A DNA stretch of 58,680 nt, taken from a virus. Numbering within the stretch: the stretch's first letter is position 1; each line of letters begins with the position of its first letter. Positions 1-9,132 of the stretch are shown one piece after another. Below the pieces are notes generated by a model. That model was given only the letters and a program-made list of their open reading frames with translations, did no database searches and was not told the DNA's origin. The position numbers were made by a program, and so were the translations under genes. Where the stretch lies: positions 1 through 58,680 of the IMG/VR virus record IMGVR_UViG_3300037243_000038, one strand, 5' to 3'.

Positions 1-127
1 GGAAGCGACGCTGCAAGCTAAGCGCAATGAGCCGAGTCCGGCCCCACGTCGTGCGCTGCGGGAACTGGTACAGGTCGACTCCGATCCGGCCACGCTGGAC
101 ACGATGCCACGGAACATCGAGCTCTCT
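1..127. repeat. Terminal overlap copy 1 (identical to 58554..58680)
   Basis: Compared base by base with the last 127 nt: 127/127 identical. Confidence 0.97.
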
Positions 128-367
128 ACCGGCAAGGTGGTAATTGAGTACGGCACGGTGGAGCAGTTGGCGGGTTCCCTGCTGGCTATGTCGCAGGTTC
201 TGGAGCGTGAGTTGGAAGAGTTCGCGGAGAAGTACGAACCGGTGGTGGAAGTGGTGAAGCAGGATGATTCGGTAGCGGAGGATTTGAAGCGGGCGTTCGC
301 GCAGTTACGGCGGGACGAGCAGGCGAAAGCAGAGTTGCTCCGCAGCCCGTTGGAAAAGGTCGCGTGA
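1..367 (+). CDS. C-terminal part of junction-spanning hypothetical protein (58321..58680 joined to 128..367, 199 aa)
   Basis: Frame of ORF 104..367 is continuous with the ORF that runs off the right edge. Positions 1 and 58554 are both codon position 3. No family recognised. Confidence 0.6.
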   Translation, partial: EATLQAKRNEPSPAPRRALRELVQVDSDPATLDTMPRNIELSTGKVVIEYGTVEQLAGSLLAMSQVLERELEEFAEKYEPVVEVVKQDDSVAEDLKRAFAQLRRDEQAKAELLRSPLEKVA

Positions 368-376
368 TGGAAAGTA

Positions 377-404
377 TCGGCACCCACCGGGAGATGAGTG
401 CCGA
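377..404. terminator. Stem-loop between convergent genes (TCGGCAC-14 nt-GTGCCGA)
   Basis: 7-bp inverted repeat in the 58-bp gap between the stop at 367 (+) and the stop at 426 (-). Large loop, no clear U-tract. Confidence 0.3.
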
Positions 405-425
405 ACTTAGACGAAGATCACCTCC

Positions 426-902
426 CTATGCAGCGGCAGCGATAGCGACTGGCTTGGCAGCTTCGATCTGAGCTACCCACGACTCGACGGCAGGAATCAA
501 AACCTTGCACTCATTGACCACCAGATTGACGATGCTGGTTATTTCCTTCTGCAGCGCCGGGTTCTTGATCGCAAGGCTGGAGAGCAGCATGGGAACGGTG
601 GCCGCGAAGTTCTCCAAGCCAGTGACCAGCGAGGTTCCGCTGACCGCAGCCGTGGCTGCTGCCTGCAAACCAGCTAGTCCGGTTTCGACTACAGCCAAAG
701 CCCCGGCGACTTCCGGTTCCGCAATAGGATCTGCCAGAGAGACAGCCGCGACGACGATGGGAGCGACTTCGCCAAGGAAGTTCTCGACAACCTGGAGTAC
801 GGCAGGGGTTTTCTTGAAGAGGCGAGCAAATGCTTTCGCGAATCCCTCTGCGTCGGTCCCGGTTGCCTTAAAGAACTTTTCGATATCAGAAATTACACTC
901 AT
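426..902 (-). CDS. Hypothetical Ala/Val-rich protein, last gene of the lysis cassette
   Basis: ORF trimmed to ATG 902 (MSVISDIEKFF...). The upstream part of the 227-aa track ORF is Arg/Ser/Pro-rich and overlaps the next gene. Confidence 0.5.
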   Translation of the reverse strand: MSVISDIEKFFKATGTDAEGFAKAFARLFKKTPAVLQVVENFLGEVAPIVVAAVSLADPIAEPEVAGALAVVETGLAGLQAAATAAVSGTSLVTGLENFAATVPMLLSSLAIKNPALQKEITSIVNLVVNECKVLIPAVESWVAQIEAAKPVAIAAAA

Positions 903-939
903 GAGTGCTACTCGATTCTGAGCCTGCAGGCTCGGCTGA

Positions 940-1149
940 CTACGGTTTAACTTCTGGAGTGGTAATTGCGGGAAATCGTGCCCCGGCCACAGCTTTCGCG
1001 TTGACCGCAAGCAGGTTGAGAAATCGGTACAGCCAGCCGTACAGCTCGCTGCTGGACGTATCGGGAGCCTTGAGCGCGCCCGTCGCGGACATGAAGACGA
1101 AGTAGGCAAGGCCGATGGCGTAGAGCTGCCAGCTCGTAAAGATCTGCAT
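940..1149 (-). CDS. Small membrane protein (holin-like candidate)
   Basis: 69 aa. Hydrophobic segment WQLYAIGLAYFVFMSATGAL. GAGGGA RBS. Lies in the lysis cassette. Confidence 0.45.
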   Translation of the reverse strand: MQIFTSWQLYAIGLAYFVFMSATGALKAPDTSSSELYGWLYRFLNLLAVNAKAVAGARFPAITTPEVKP

Positions 1150-1151
1150 GG

Positions 1152-1865
1152 TTAATTCCCTCTCGCCAAGGCCACTGCGCCAGCTAGCCCCGGTGAAACC
1201 TTGAGCGCGCCTTCGCCAATCATCTTGAATCGGTGCCTAACAGGGTGCGGGCCAGTGTAGGGCGGCGGATAGAAATAGGCGGTGGTATCGTCGACGAACT
1301 CCGCACCATTCCCCGCGAGAGTCGCCACGTTCTCTACTGCCTTGTTGAGAAATGGATTTCGCATGAAGTCGCCAGCCGCATTCGAAGTTTGCGTGAGCGA
1401 CTGTTCGAATGCTGGTAGGGGTGCAAGCGCAGTAGCGATGGCCGCCGGCACCGTCGTAACCGCATCAATGGCTCTGTCTACCTTCGCCAGCGTCTCGGTT
1501 GCCGGCTTCTCTGCCTTGGTAACGTCTGCGTTGACGTGCGCGACCAGATCCCCGGCGTTCTTGACCGTCCCTCCAGCCTGCTTGATGGTTGCCGTCATCG
1601 CGTCCGCCGTGGCGCCGAACTTGGTAACGAGAACGTTCAGGTTCTTCATGGCGATATCGGTGTCCTTGGAAGCTAGGACTGAGTTCTTGGCCGCGAGTCT
1701 GGACTCACCGACCAGCCCGTCAGCGTGAACTGCGGTGTCCTTCCCTGCCCTCGCCGTCTCGGGGCCGTACTTCACTTCGAGATAGTCGGCGGTTCCGAGG
1801 CCGACCGCGAGCAGCACGAGGCAGACCACCGCACCGATGGCTTCGAGGTACGCAAGAGTTTTCAT
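1152..1865 (-). CDS. N-terminally membrane-anchored helical protein (i-spanin-like candidate)
   Basis: 237 aa. N-terminal TM AIGAVVCLVLLAVGLG followed by a long Ala/Lys/Thr-rich soluble part. Downstream of the endolysin. Confidence 0.4.
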   Translation of the reverse strand: MKTLAYLEAIGAVVCLVLLAVGLGTADYLEVKYGPETARAGKDTAVHADGLVGESRLAAKNSVLASKDTDIAMKNLNVLVTKFGATADAMTATIKQAGGTVKNAGDLVAHVNADVTKAEKPATETLAKVDRAIDAVTTVPAAIATALAPLPAFEQSLTQTSNAAGDFMRNPFLNKAVENVATLAGNGAEFVDDTTAYFYPPPYTGPHPVRHRFKMIGEGALKVSPGLAGAVALARGN

Positions 1866-1871
1866 GATTGC

Positions 1872-2336
1872 CTAACGTTTTCTGTCGTGGATAAAAGTCT
1901 TGTAGATTACTTGATCTTGAGATTCCGTTTTGCGCAGGTTTTTGAGCTCCGCGAGGGAGCTGTCGATGCTGCCCATGTGCTCATTCATTGGCTTAATGGT
2001 GGCATCGAACACATCCCGAGTGACCATCTGTTTCTGCATCTGGTCCTGCACTTTTGTCTGCTGGTCAACCCGGTCGCCTTGATGGATGCCGCCAACGAGG
2101 GCCTGTGCGGCGTAAAGGATTAATGCTCCGATGAGAGGACCGCCGAACGTGACGAGGCCCTTTCGGACCCGGAAGATGTAATGCCCGTTCTTTCGCTCCT
2201 CTTCGGTCTCATCGACGCGGTTTCGCTTAGCGTTCTTGAGGGTGATATCAACTTCTCGCCGCGTAGCCAAGGTGACCAGATCCTTGAACCGGCCCTCCAT
2301 CTCATCGGCGAATTGCTTCTCAGTGAGTGCTGACAT
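1872..2336 (-). CDS. Membrane protein with a central TM segment (holin candidate)
   Basis: 154 aa. TM FGGPLIGALILYAAQALVGGI. The start overlaps the endolysin 3' end by 17 nt. Confidence 0.4.
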   Translation of the reverse strand: MSALTEKQFADEMEGRFKDLVTLATRREVDITLKNAKRNRVDETEEERKNGHYIFRVRKGLVTFGGPLIGALILYAAQALVGGIHQGDRVDQQTKVQDQMQKQMVTRDVFDATIKPMNEHMGSIDSSLAELKNLRKTESQDQVIYKTFIHDRKR

Positions 2337-2766
2337 CTGGCTTCTCGAACAGCGTCTCTTCCGCCTCGCGTCGGCGCAGAAGTCCAGCCATCACAACACC
2401 TTTACAACGATCCCAACGCTGAAACTCGTAGGCGGCCGCCGCAATATCGCCTTGGTTGAGCAGGACGAGCAGGTGAGAATCTCGGAACGCGCCGACGCCG
2501 CAGTTAAAAGCAAAATCGGTTAATCCGTCGAATTCATCCTGCGAGAGTGGAACTTTGACGAGATGATTGATGGCATTGACCGCTGCTGCCACGTCCGAGA
2601 GCAGGAGCTTGTCGGCTTGCGCTTGTGAAATCATCATGCCGCGAAGTACTTCTGGACCTACGTGGCCCCACCCAATCGTGAGCACGCCTCCGCTGTCCGG
2701 GTAGGCCAACAGTCGGCAATGCTCGAAGCCTTCCGTCAGAGACAAACCAGCCTTGCTGTACTCCAT
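2320..2766 (-). CDS. Endolysin, GH24 (T4/lambda-type) lysozyme
   Basis: LTEGFEHCRLLAYPDSGGVLTIGWGH matches the Glu...Asp...Thr catalytic spacing of phage lysozymes. AGGAGG RBS before the ATG. Confidence 0.9.
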   Translation of the reverse strand: MEYSKAGLSLTEGFEHCRLLAYPDSGGVLTIGWGHVGPEVLRGMMISQAQADKLLLSDVAAAVNAINHLVKVPLSQDEFDGLTDFAFNCGVGAFRDSHLLVLLNQGDIAAAAYEFQRWDRCKGVVMAGLLRRREAEETLFEKPDVSTH

Positions 2767-2797
2767 TTACGTGGCCTCCTGAATCAAATGTGCAGTA

Positions 2798-2823
2798 GAA
2801 AACGGCCACCCGAAGATGGCCGT
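2798..2823 (-). terminator. Rho-independent terminator after the tail-fibre-like gene
   Basis: On the minus-strand RNA: ACGGCCA-8 nt loop-TGGCCGT followed by UUUUCUA. Confidence 0.7.
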
Positions 2824-2856
2824 GCTTGGTACTGTCGTGATACCGTCGTCGCCTGA

Positions 2857-5800
2857 TTACTGAATCTTCCAGTTCTTGATGGTTATACCGGAGTTACCGG
2901 ACTCGCCGTCATTAAGCTGGAATCCAGCTTGACCTACTGCGTTGGAGGCGCTGCTGGTGCCAGATATGATGGAAACGCCATCAAGATAAGCCGTAATTGT
3001 CGTGCCCACCATACCAAGGGCGATGTTATGAGTTGCTCCGTTGACCCATGTGAACGGGTAGGTACTGCCTATTTGAGTCGTGCCACCGTTGTAGGCAAAC
3101 AACTCACAACCGCTATAGTCGGTCGCGCACTTCAGGAAGTAGACGACGGGCGTTGCTGTCACGTATCGACCGTATAGATTGAAGTAGTAAGACGATCCGT
3201 TTACCGCCGTCACATCTGCTGAGACTTTGTAATTGGCCGAACTCGGCGTTGTGGTGGACAATACCGCAGCAAAGGTTCCCGCTCCCGACTGCGCGCTCGT
3301 CGCCCCGCCGCTTCCCGTGAGAGTGATGGTGCCTCCGCCAACTGTATCGCCCGAGTCTACTGTCCATGTATGCGCGGCATCACCCATGTGGGCCGTAAGC
3401 AGCGTCCCAGTTGTTCCGGCAAAAGTGTCGAGGTCTTGCAAGAACGTGTAGGCACCTGTGGCCACTCCGCTATTTAGAAAGGCTGTTTTAGTGGCGAGCG
3501 CCTCAAGAGTTTCTGCGGTGGATACTGACAGGGTCCCACCATTGCTCACAGTGGATCCGTGTGAACACGTTCCCGGCGTTGTCGCGGTCGGAGTCGTTCC
3601 ATCCGTCGTAACGCAGTTGGTCGCACCCGACGTGGCGGACGTAACTGCGACGGTTTGAGTCCCGAAATAAGCTCCCGCAACTGGCGAGAAGGCCGGTGTG
3701 GCTGCCGCACTGTTTACGATTGTCCAAGAGCCGTGCAGAGATCCGGGGTCAGCAAAATACTGCGAGGTAGTTTGCGCCTTGAGGCAAACTGAGTCCCCGA
3801 GTGCGCCGGCAGAAACTAGTTGCGCTCCAGCGCTACTGTTCACACCGAGCAGATTCGCGTAAGTTGCCGCCGGAATTTGCAGCGTCATTGCGCCGGAGTT
3901 GCCAACATCGTTATAAGTACAGAGCTTCTGCCCCGTCGTTCCGGTGGTGATTACTGGGGCGTTAACAGTCAGTGCCCCGGCAGAGTGGTTATAATAATCG
4001 GCGTTCAGCGCTGCGGTCACTGACGACGCGGTAACGACGTTTTCTGTGGAGCTTAAACTGCTAGTGGAACAGCCTACCGTCGTCGCTGCTCCGGTAGCGT
4101 CGGTGCAGAGCGGAGATGCCGTTCCGGACATCGTACTGGAAGATAAGACTTTTGTGCCTGTTCCTTGCAAGGGTAATGATGCCCCCCAGGCTACTCCCGT
4201 GGACTGCGGGATTCCAGCGGCAGGATAAACCATTGACCCGCCCGAACCTCCAGTAGCACTAGAAACCCACGGAGCCCATCCCCCTGAAAGGGTCCCGGCG
4301 CGGAAGCTGTATGTAGATGAGGTGCTTGAATTGGGATAGTTAAACTGCATCACATCGCCATCAAGATGGGAGTGGGTCTCCACGAAGCCATCCACCTGCC
4401 AGCCGTTCGCCGCGGTTGCACGGTAGAACGAGATTCCGTGACCGAAGCCTGCGGGAGCGATCGAAGGGGTGATGGTTGAATTATCAGCATACGAGATGTT
4501 GGTAAACAGGTTTGCAGCTAACCCGTTCAATCCGCTTGGGACCAAGAAATCAAGCAAGTAGGACGTGTACAGAGGCTGCTTACATGGCCCTGGGTGAATG
4601 TGGACCGGAGGGGTCGAGGTGCCAACAGCAGCATAGGGTGAATCCATCCAACAGGTATTTGAGGTCGAAGTGGGGGCATAGCTTGAATCCGGCATTAAGC
4701 CATACAGGTCGACGAATCCAGTTTGGAAATCTCGTCCGGTTTGCGCCACTCCCAAGGTCATTTGCTCGTAGTAGGAGGCATCACGGCCATTCGGACTGTC
4801 ATCAGTGCTGGATGGTGTTTCAAGTACGATTGACAAGGAGTCAACATCTAAACTCCCCGTACACGTTGGGCACTTGAAGCTTGCGGGTCGGATTTGAGCC
4901 AGGCCAGCGCGTAGGTTCGCAACACTTTGCGCCGGGGTGAGACCGCAGGTAATGTCGTTGATGCCCCAGCGAAGGACATACACGCCGGGATTGGTTGCAA
5001 GCGTCACAAGGTCTTGCGCTAGGTAGGTGCTCAACCACTGCGACGAACACATTCCGGAGTGACCCGCATTTATCACTGTCATATACGGGACGCCCTTAGC
5101 CTGAAGGCCGAGCGTGAGCATCTGCTCTGGCATATACAAGCCGTAGACATTTACGCCCGAGGTAGTGCTATCGCCAGAAAGTACAATCTTGCCGGGAGAA
5201 TAGGTGCCAGCCCATGCTGCCTGCACCAAACCAAACCAATGATTCATGTACTCCTGTCCAGCTGTGAAGCGATCCCAGAAGGAGTAGGAACTAATCTGTG
5301 CTCTTGTCCCATAAATGGTGGTGTTGAGCGCGCCGTATTGCGACACCTGATTAACTGGGCCGGTGAGTACACCGTCGCCCTTGATCTGCACACCAAGCGG
5401 GTTGCTCAAGGCAGGAACGTAGAACTTCCCTGGTGGAAGCAGGATGCGCTTGACGTTGGCAGCGATTGCAGCGTTGACAGCAACGGAAACATCAGTCATA
5501 CCCGTCGCATTCGCCCCATTAAGGTTGGTGACGAAATCCGATCCGGTGACTGGCCCACTGGATGCAATCGTCGGCGCACTTACACCGTTAATAGGGTCAA
5601 GAACTGTTAGGCCCACCGCGATCGCCCCTGTCACCTTGAGCCCGTTGGCTCCGTCCGATGTCACGCCTGCAGGAAGCCCGGATGGCGCATTCGCCAGTTG
5701 GCTCTGCATCTGAAAGTTCGTTCCATCGAAGGTGACGCGCACGGCCTGCCCCGCAACGATGTCGCCCGAGGCTAGCACGGTCGAACCGCCCTGCTTGAAG

Positions 5801-6186
5801 ATCGCGATCGCGGATCCGCCGTTCACCGCTAGCGTCGAAGCTCCGGTGTTAGCGTGCGCTGCCTTGAAGATCACCGGTTCGCCAGCGACCAGCAAAGGGA
5901 CTGGAGAAAGCGTCACCGCGTAGGCGTTAGCCGCACCAGTGTCGGTCGCGTAGGAATAGGTCTGCTGCTGGACGTTCTGGGGCGTGGCTAGGGTGGATGC
6001 GATCCCAGCAGCCGCACCAGCTGCGTCGTACGGAAGTGCAGGAATATCGGTGGAAAGCAGTGTTGGCAACTGCGCGTGCGGCAGTGTTCCCGTTGTGTCC
6101 CGCGCAAGATTGACCTTTTGGCCAAATACACATGAGGACAAGAGTAGGAAAACGATGAGTTTAATAGCGGTACGAGTCGGCAACAT
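2857..6186 (-). CDS. Exported tail-fibre-like multidomain protein with an SGNH esterase module
   Basis: AGGAG RBS 6 nt before ATG 6186. N-terminus MLPTRTAIKLIVFLLLSSC-VFGQ is signal/lipobox-like. Tail-fibre collar motif YATDTGAANAYAV...ANTGASTLAVNG. SGNH blocks GDSTTSG, GHSG, WGINDI. Chitobiase-C-like and LamG-like C-terminal modules. Confidence 0.7.
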   Translation of the reverse strand: MLPTRTAIKLIVFLLLSSCVFGQKVNLARDTTGTLPHAQLPTLLSTDIPALPYDAAGAAAGIASTLATPQNVQQQTYSYATDTGAANAYAVTLSPVPLLVAGEPVIFKAAHANTGASTLAVNGGSAIAIFKQGGSTVLASGDIVAGQAVRVTFDGTNFQMQSQLANAPSGLPAGVTSDGANGLKVTGAIAVGLTVLDPINGVSAPTIASSGPVTGSDFVTNLNGANATGMTDVSVAVNAAIAANVKRILLPPGKFYVPALSNPLGVQIKGDGVLTGPVNQVSQYGALNTTIYGTRAQISSYSFWDRFTAGQEYMNHWFGLVQAAWAGTYSPGKIVLSGDSTTSGVNVYGLYMPEQMLTLGLQAKGVPYMTVINAGHSGMCSSQWLSTYLAQDLVTLATNPGVYVLRWGINDITCGLTPAQSVANLRAGLAQIRPASFKCPTCTGSLDVDSLSIVLETPSSTDDSPNGRDASYYEQMTLGVAQTGRDFQTGFVDLYGLMPDSSYAPTSTSNTCWMDSPYAAVGTSTPPVHIHPGPCKQPLYTSYLLDFLVPSGLNGLAANLFTNISYADNSTITPSIAPAGFGHGISFYRATAANGWQVDGFVETHSHLDGDVMQFNYPNSSTSSTYSFRAGTLSGGWAPWVSSATGGSGGSMVYPAAGIPQSTGVAWGASLPLQGTGTKVLSSSTMSGTASPLCTDATGAATTVGCSTSSLSSTENVVTASSVTAALNADYYNHSAGALTVNAPVITTGTTGQKLCTYNDVGNSGAMTLQIPAATYANLLGVNSSAGAQLVSAGALGDSVCLKAQTTSQYFADPGSLHGSWTIVNSAAATPAFSPVAGAYFGTQTVAVTSATSGATNCVTTDGTTPTATTPGTCSHGSTVSNGGTLSVSTAETLEALATKTAFLNSGVATGAYTFLQDLDTFAGTTGTLLTAHMGDAAHTWTVDSGDTVGGGTITLTGSGGATSAQSGAGTFAAVLSTTTPSSANYKVSADVTAVNGSSYYFNLYGRYVTATPVVYFLKCATDYSGCELFAYNGGTTQIGSTYPFTWVNGATHNIALGMVGTTITAYLDGVSIISGTSSASNAVGQAGFQLNDGESGNSGITIKNWKIQ

Positions 6187-6565
6187 GGGTGTCTCCTGGA
6201 GCTCCGGTAATAGGGATATATCCCGCAAGGTAAGTGATCGTGTTGCCTGAGAGCGTGTACGCCGTGCCCTGCGTCATGCGCAAGCCATTTTTGAAAAGTG
6301 GGAGCGCAGCTGACGGGTTCGGTGTGTGGGTCAAGGTGAAAGTCGCGTTGCCGTCGGATCCGGTTGTCCCGCTGATAGCTCCCGACGGAACTTCCGGAGT
6401 GGCGAAGTTGATAGTGGCTGCTGCGGGCGTGACATCATCCCAAGTCGTGCCGTTGTCGCGCTTTATGACGAGGGTATCGGTCGCAAAAAAGATGCGACCA
6501 GGAATGCTAGCCGTAGGAAGATTCGCGATGACATCTCTGAGAATTACGCTTGCGAGTGTGCTCAA
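6161..6565 (-). CDS. Small tail-fibre-associated protein
   Basis: 134 aa. TTG start inside a TTGA overlap with the upstream stop. GRIFFATDT...DNGTTW motif is common at tail-fibre N-termini. Confidence 0.5.
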   Translation of the reverse strand: MSTLASVILRDVIANLPTASIPGRIFFATDTLVIKRDNGTTWDDVTPAAATINFATPEVPSGAISGTTGSDGNATFTLTHTPNPSAALPLFKNGLRMTQGTAYTLSGNTITYLAGYIPITGAPGDTHVADSYRY

Positions 6566-6858
6566 TTGGGAACTCCTACGGCGACGATGATGTCTCCCGC
6601 TCCGAAAATGAAATTGCTGCCCCCGTCGGTGAGCGGCTCCGCGTGCGTGGTAGCCGGGCCGCCGCCGGAGGTGATCGCAGGCTTGTTAAGTACCTGAGCC
6701 AATCCACTGGTGGCGTTCCAGTCGGCATTGACCTGGGCGGGGACGGCAAACGATATCTGGGTCGGATCTCCGGGGGAACTTTGAGGTAACGCCAGAACTT
6801 TTCCAGCCGGGGCGACCGGGGTGACACTGCTGAATGCGAAATTGGTTTCGCTGGCCAT
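6562..6858 (-). CDS. Hypothetical tail-associated protein
   Basis: 98-aa ORF abutting the host-specificity gene stop. Position only. Confidence 0.45.
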   Translation of the reverse strand: MASETNFAFSSVTPVAPAGKVLALPQSSPGDPTQISFAVPAQVNADWNATSGLAQVLNKPAITSGGGPATTHAEPLTDGGSNFIFGAGDIIVAVGVPN

Positions 6859-9132
6859 TTATCCCACCACGATCAACACAGCGTTGATCCCATTCGGGCC
6901 GCCAGAGCCGCCGTTGTTACCGCCTGTGTGTGTCACGATGATCTTTCCCGCAAAGGTATAGCCGGGAGTGTTGGCGCGGGTGGCATTGGTGTCGCAGTAC
7001 GCCGTCAGGGTTCCTGCGCCGTCTCCGAGCTGGTCAGGATCGTCGATCGTCACGTAATAGGTCTGCGGAGTTGTGCCTGGGTCCGGCACTGCGAAACTGC
7101 GCAGCGAGTAGCTGGCAATGGTTTCATTCGCAAACGTGACCACGAATGCAGCCATAGCCACCACGTAAGTGCTGGCGGATTGCGAGAGCACAGTAGCTGG
7201 AGCCATTGACGCCCATGTGCTCGGTAACCCGTATGGTGTGTAAGTGTAGACCGCGCAATTACCGAGGGCATTCTGTTGACCGCGCTGCAGGTTATAAGCG
7301 GCAAACTGGAAATACAACACCTTTCCAACCCACTGCGGATCGCAGTTAACTTTAAACACCGAACCGTCCAGAGCGGCGAAGCGCGATCCGATTGGGTGAT
7401 CGATACTGACCGTGCCGAGAACTCCGCGCCGGGCGTAAGTCGTCATCGAGTACATATCGATGGCCGTCAGAGTGATGACCGTTGGGCAGATAGACTCGAA
7501 GACGTTTGCTGTCGCGGTCGCCAAGTAGCATTGCCCCTGCCGCGCGTCAGCGAGAGCTTGAGTTTGCCCAGTGAGTGAGCCGTTCGATTCAGTGAGGTCA
7601 ATTGCAAGCGTATCGGCAGTGTCTGGGTCGCTCCCTACCGGATAGTCGGCGGTCAGCACGCCTGTAGTCCCGGACGCAACGTTGCCGAGAGTCTGGTAAC
7701 TCACGCCTCCATCGATTGATACAAAGCCAACGCAGCCGCCGTAATTCGGATCGGAGCCGGAGACCACAAACCAGAGTTGTGCGGCTGCGCCTACACCGAG
7801 CATCCCTTGAGTTGGCTCGAAGATCACCGGAGCGTTTACGACGCCAGGATCTACGGCGGTTGGCACCAGCGTTCCCGTAGCCTGCGTGGTAGCTCCGATG
7901 GAAGGATGATTCAGTCCGTACACGAAATCGATAGCCTCACACTCTAGAGCGCGGGTATCCGTCTCCTTGGTCGTCTGGAATCGCACAGGTAATTGGTTGA
8001 TCCCGAGACGAGTGTCCGTGATGCATACCAGGTCCATCGCCTCAAGAAAGAACCACTCCGGCTTGAGCGTGAAGCTGTGCTTGTTCAGATCGGCGGCGGA
8101 CCGCTTTACCATAATTGAAGCCACGGCTTGAGCGGTTAGCATCGAAGAAATTGAGAGCATCGACTTCGCGCCGGAAGGAATGCCGACACTGGAGGCAGAG
8201 GAATCTAGTGTGCCGCCCTTACGGGTTCCGTAAAGCGCAACCGACTTTGTATCTGTGGCGGTTTGCGCGTTGTGGGCATAGTCGATGGTGCGATCGATGT
8301 ACTCAATTGAGACCACGTTGTCACAGTTAGCGCGACTGTCTCTTTCGACTTTCACCGGAGGTGTCGAGCCGTCACATACAAAATCAATGTCGGTAAGATA
8401 CGCGACCGGCCCAGAGGCTGTGGGGGCAATGTAGATTGCACCATTCCCTGCTGCCGAAACCTCGTCGTAAGGGATGAGTTCCAGCGTTGCCCCGGAGTAA
8501 ACGGGAGCCGTGTTGGCCACGGTGAGAAGTTCGGTCAAGAGGTCGATGCAGGCGCGCTGCGTATCCTGGTTCAGCGCGGCGCTGATTCCGTTCGCCCTGC
8601 ACCAGTTTTGCAGCGCGGTCATGTCGCCGAGCAACAGTCCGTTGCCAGGAGGAAACAAGGGCGAAAATGCACCGCCATTGTTGTAAGCGTGGCAGTTCAC
8701 GCCGTGGGGGATGATAAGCGGGAAAGCTGAAACAATAAGGGTTGTAGATGTAGGAAGAGTTGCTGTCTGTATAGATGTCTCGCTAAATGCTCCATTGCCG
8801 AAGGAAGTCATGCCTGGCATTGGGTTGAAGGTCGTTCCATCTGTGGAGTATTCCAGTGAAACAAACCCACCACCACCCGTGAGAATCTGGCCTGTGATGT
8901 TGAATCCACCGTCTGCAAAAGCTGAGACATCAACCGGAGCCGAGTTGGTGGGAACTCCTAGATTACCGTATTCCGGATCAACGCCTAGCCCTGGATCAGT
9001 GAGCACGTACGTTTCATCAAATACAGGCGTGCCACCACCCACGGATACGATGGTGATCTCAAACGGATAGCTACCATCAAATTCGACTCGTGACAAAGTT
9101 CGGATATATAAGAGGTGAGTTGCTAGCGGCAT
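6859..9132 (-). CDS. Host-specificity / central tail fibre protein (lambda J / RcGTA g15 analogue)
   Basis: 757 aa from ATG 9132, which shares its A with the upstream TGA (TGATG). Large beta-rich protein directly after the NlpC/P60-containing tail-tip set. Confidence 0.6.
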   Translation of the reverse strand: MPLATHLLYIRTLSRVEFDGSYPFEITIVSVGGGTPVFDETYVLTDPGLGVDPEYGNLGVPTNSAPVDVSAFADGGFNITGQILTGGGGFVSLEYSTDGTTFNPMPGMTSFGNGAFSETSIQTATLPTSTTLIVSAFPLIIPHGVNCHAYNNGGAFSPLFPPGNGLLLGDMTALQNWCRANGISAALNQDTQRACIDLLTELLTVANTAPVYSGATLELIPYDEVSAAGNGAIYIAPTASGPVAYLTDIDFVCDGSTPPVKVERDSRANCDNVVSIEYIDRTIDYAHNAQTATDTKSVALYGTRKGGTLDSSASSVGIPSGAKSMLSISSMLTAQAVASIMVKRSAADLNKHSFTLKPEWFFLEAMDLVCITDTRLGINQLPVRFQTTKETDTRALECEAIDFVYGLNHPSIGATTQATGTLVPTAVDPGVVNAPVIFEPTQGMLGVGAAAQLWFVVSGSDPNYGGCVGFVSIDGGVSYQTLGNVASGTTGVLTADYPVGSDPDTADTLAIDLTESNGSLTGQTQALADARQGQCYLATATANVFESICPTVITLTAIDMYSMTTYARRGVLGTVSIDHPIGSRFAALDGSVFKVNCDPQWVGKVLYFQFAAYNLQRGQQNALGNCAVYTYTPYGLPSTWASMAPATVLSQSASTYVVAMAAFVVTFANETIASYSLRSFAVPDPGTTPQTYYVTIDDPDQLGDGAGTLTAYCDTNATRANTPGYTFAGKIIVTHTGGNNGGSGGPNGINAVLIVVG

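Noticed and set aside
1-127. The 127-nt identical ends as attL/attR or LTR-like repeats of an integrated element
   Set aside because: The repeats sit exactly at the two window termini and interrupt a single ORF in frame. There is no host DNA outside them. The genome carries a separate attP (tRNA fragment next to int). An assembly overlap or closed circle explains all of this. A physical terminal repeat remains the only alternative.
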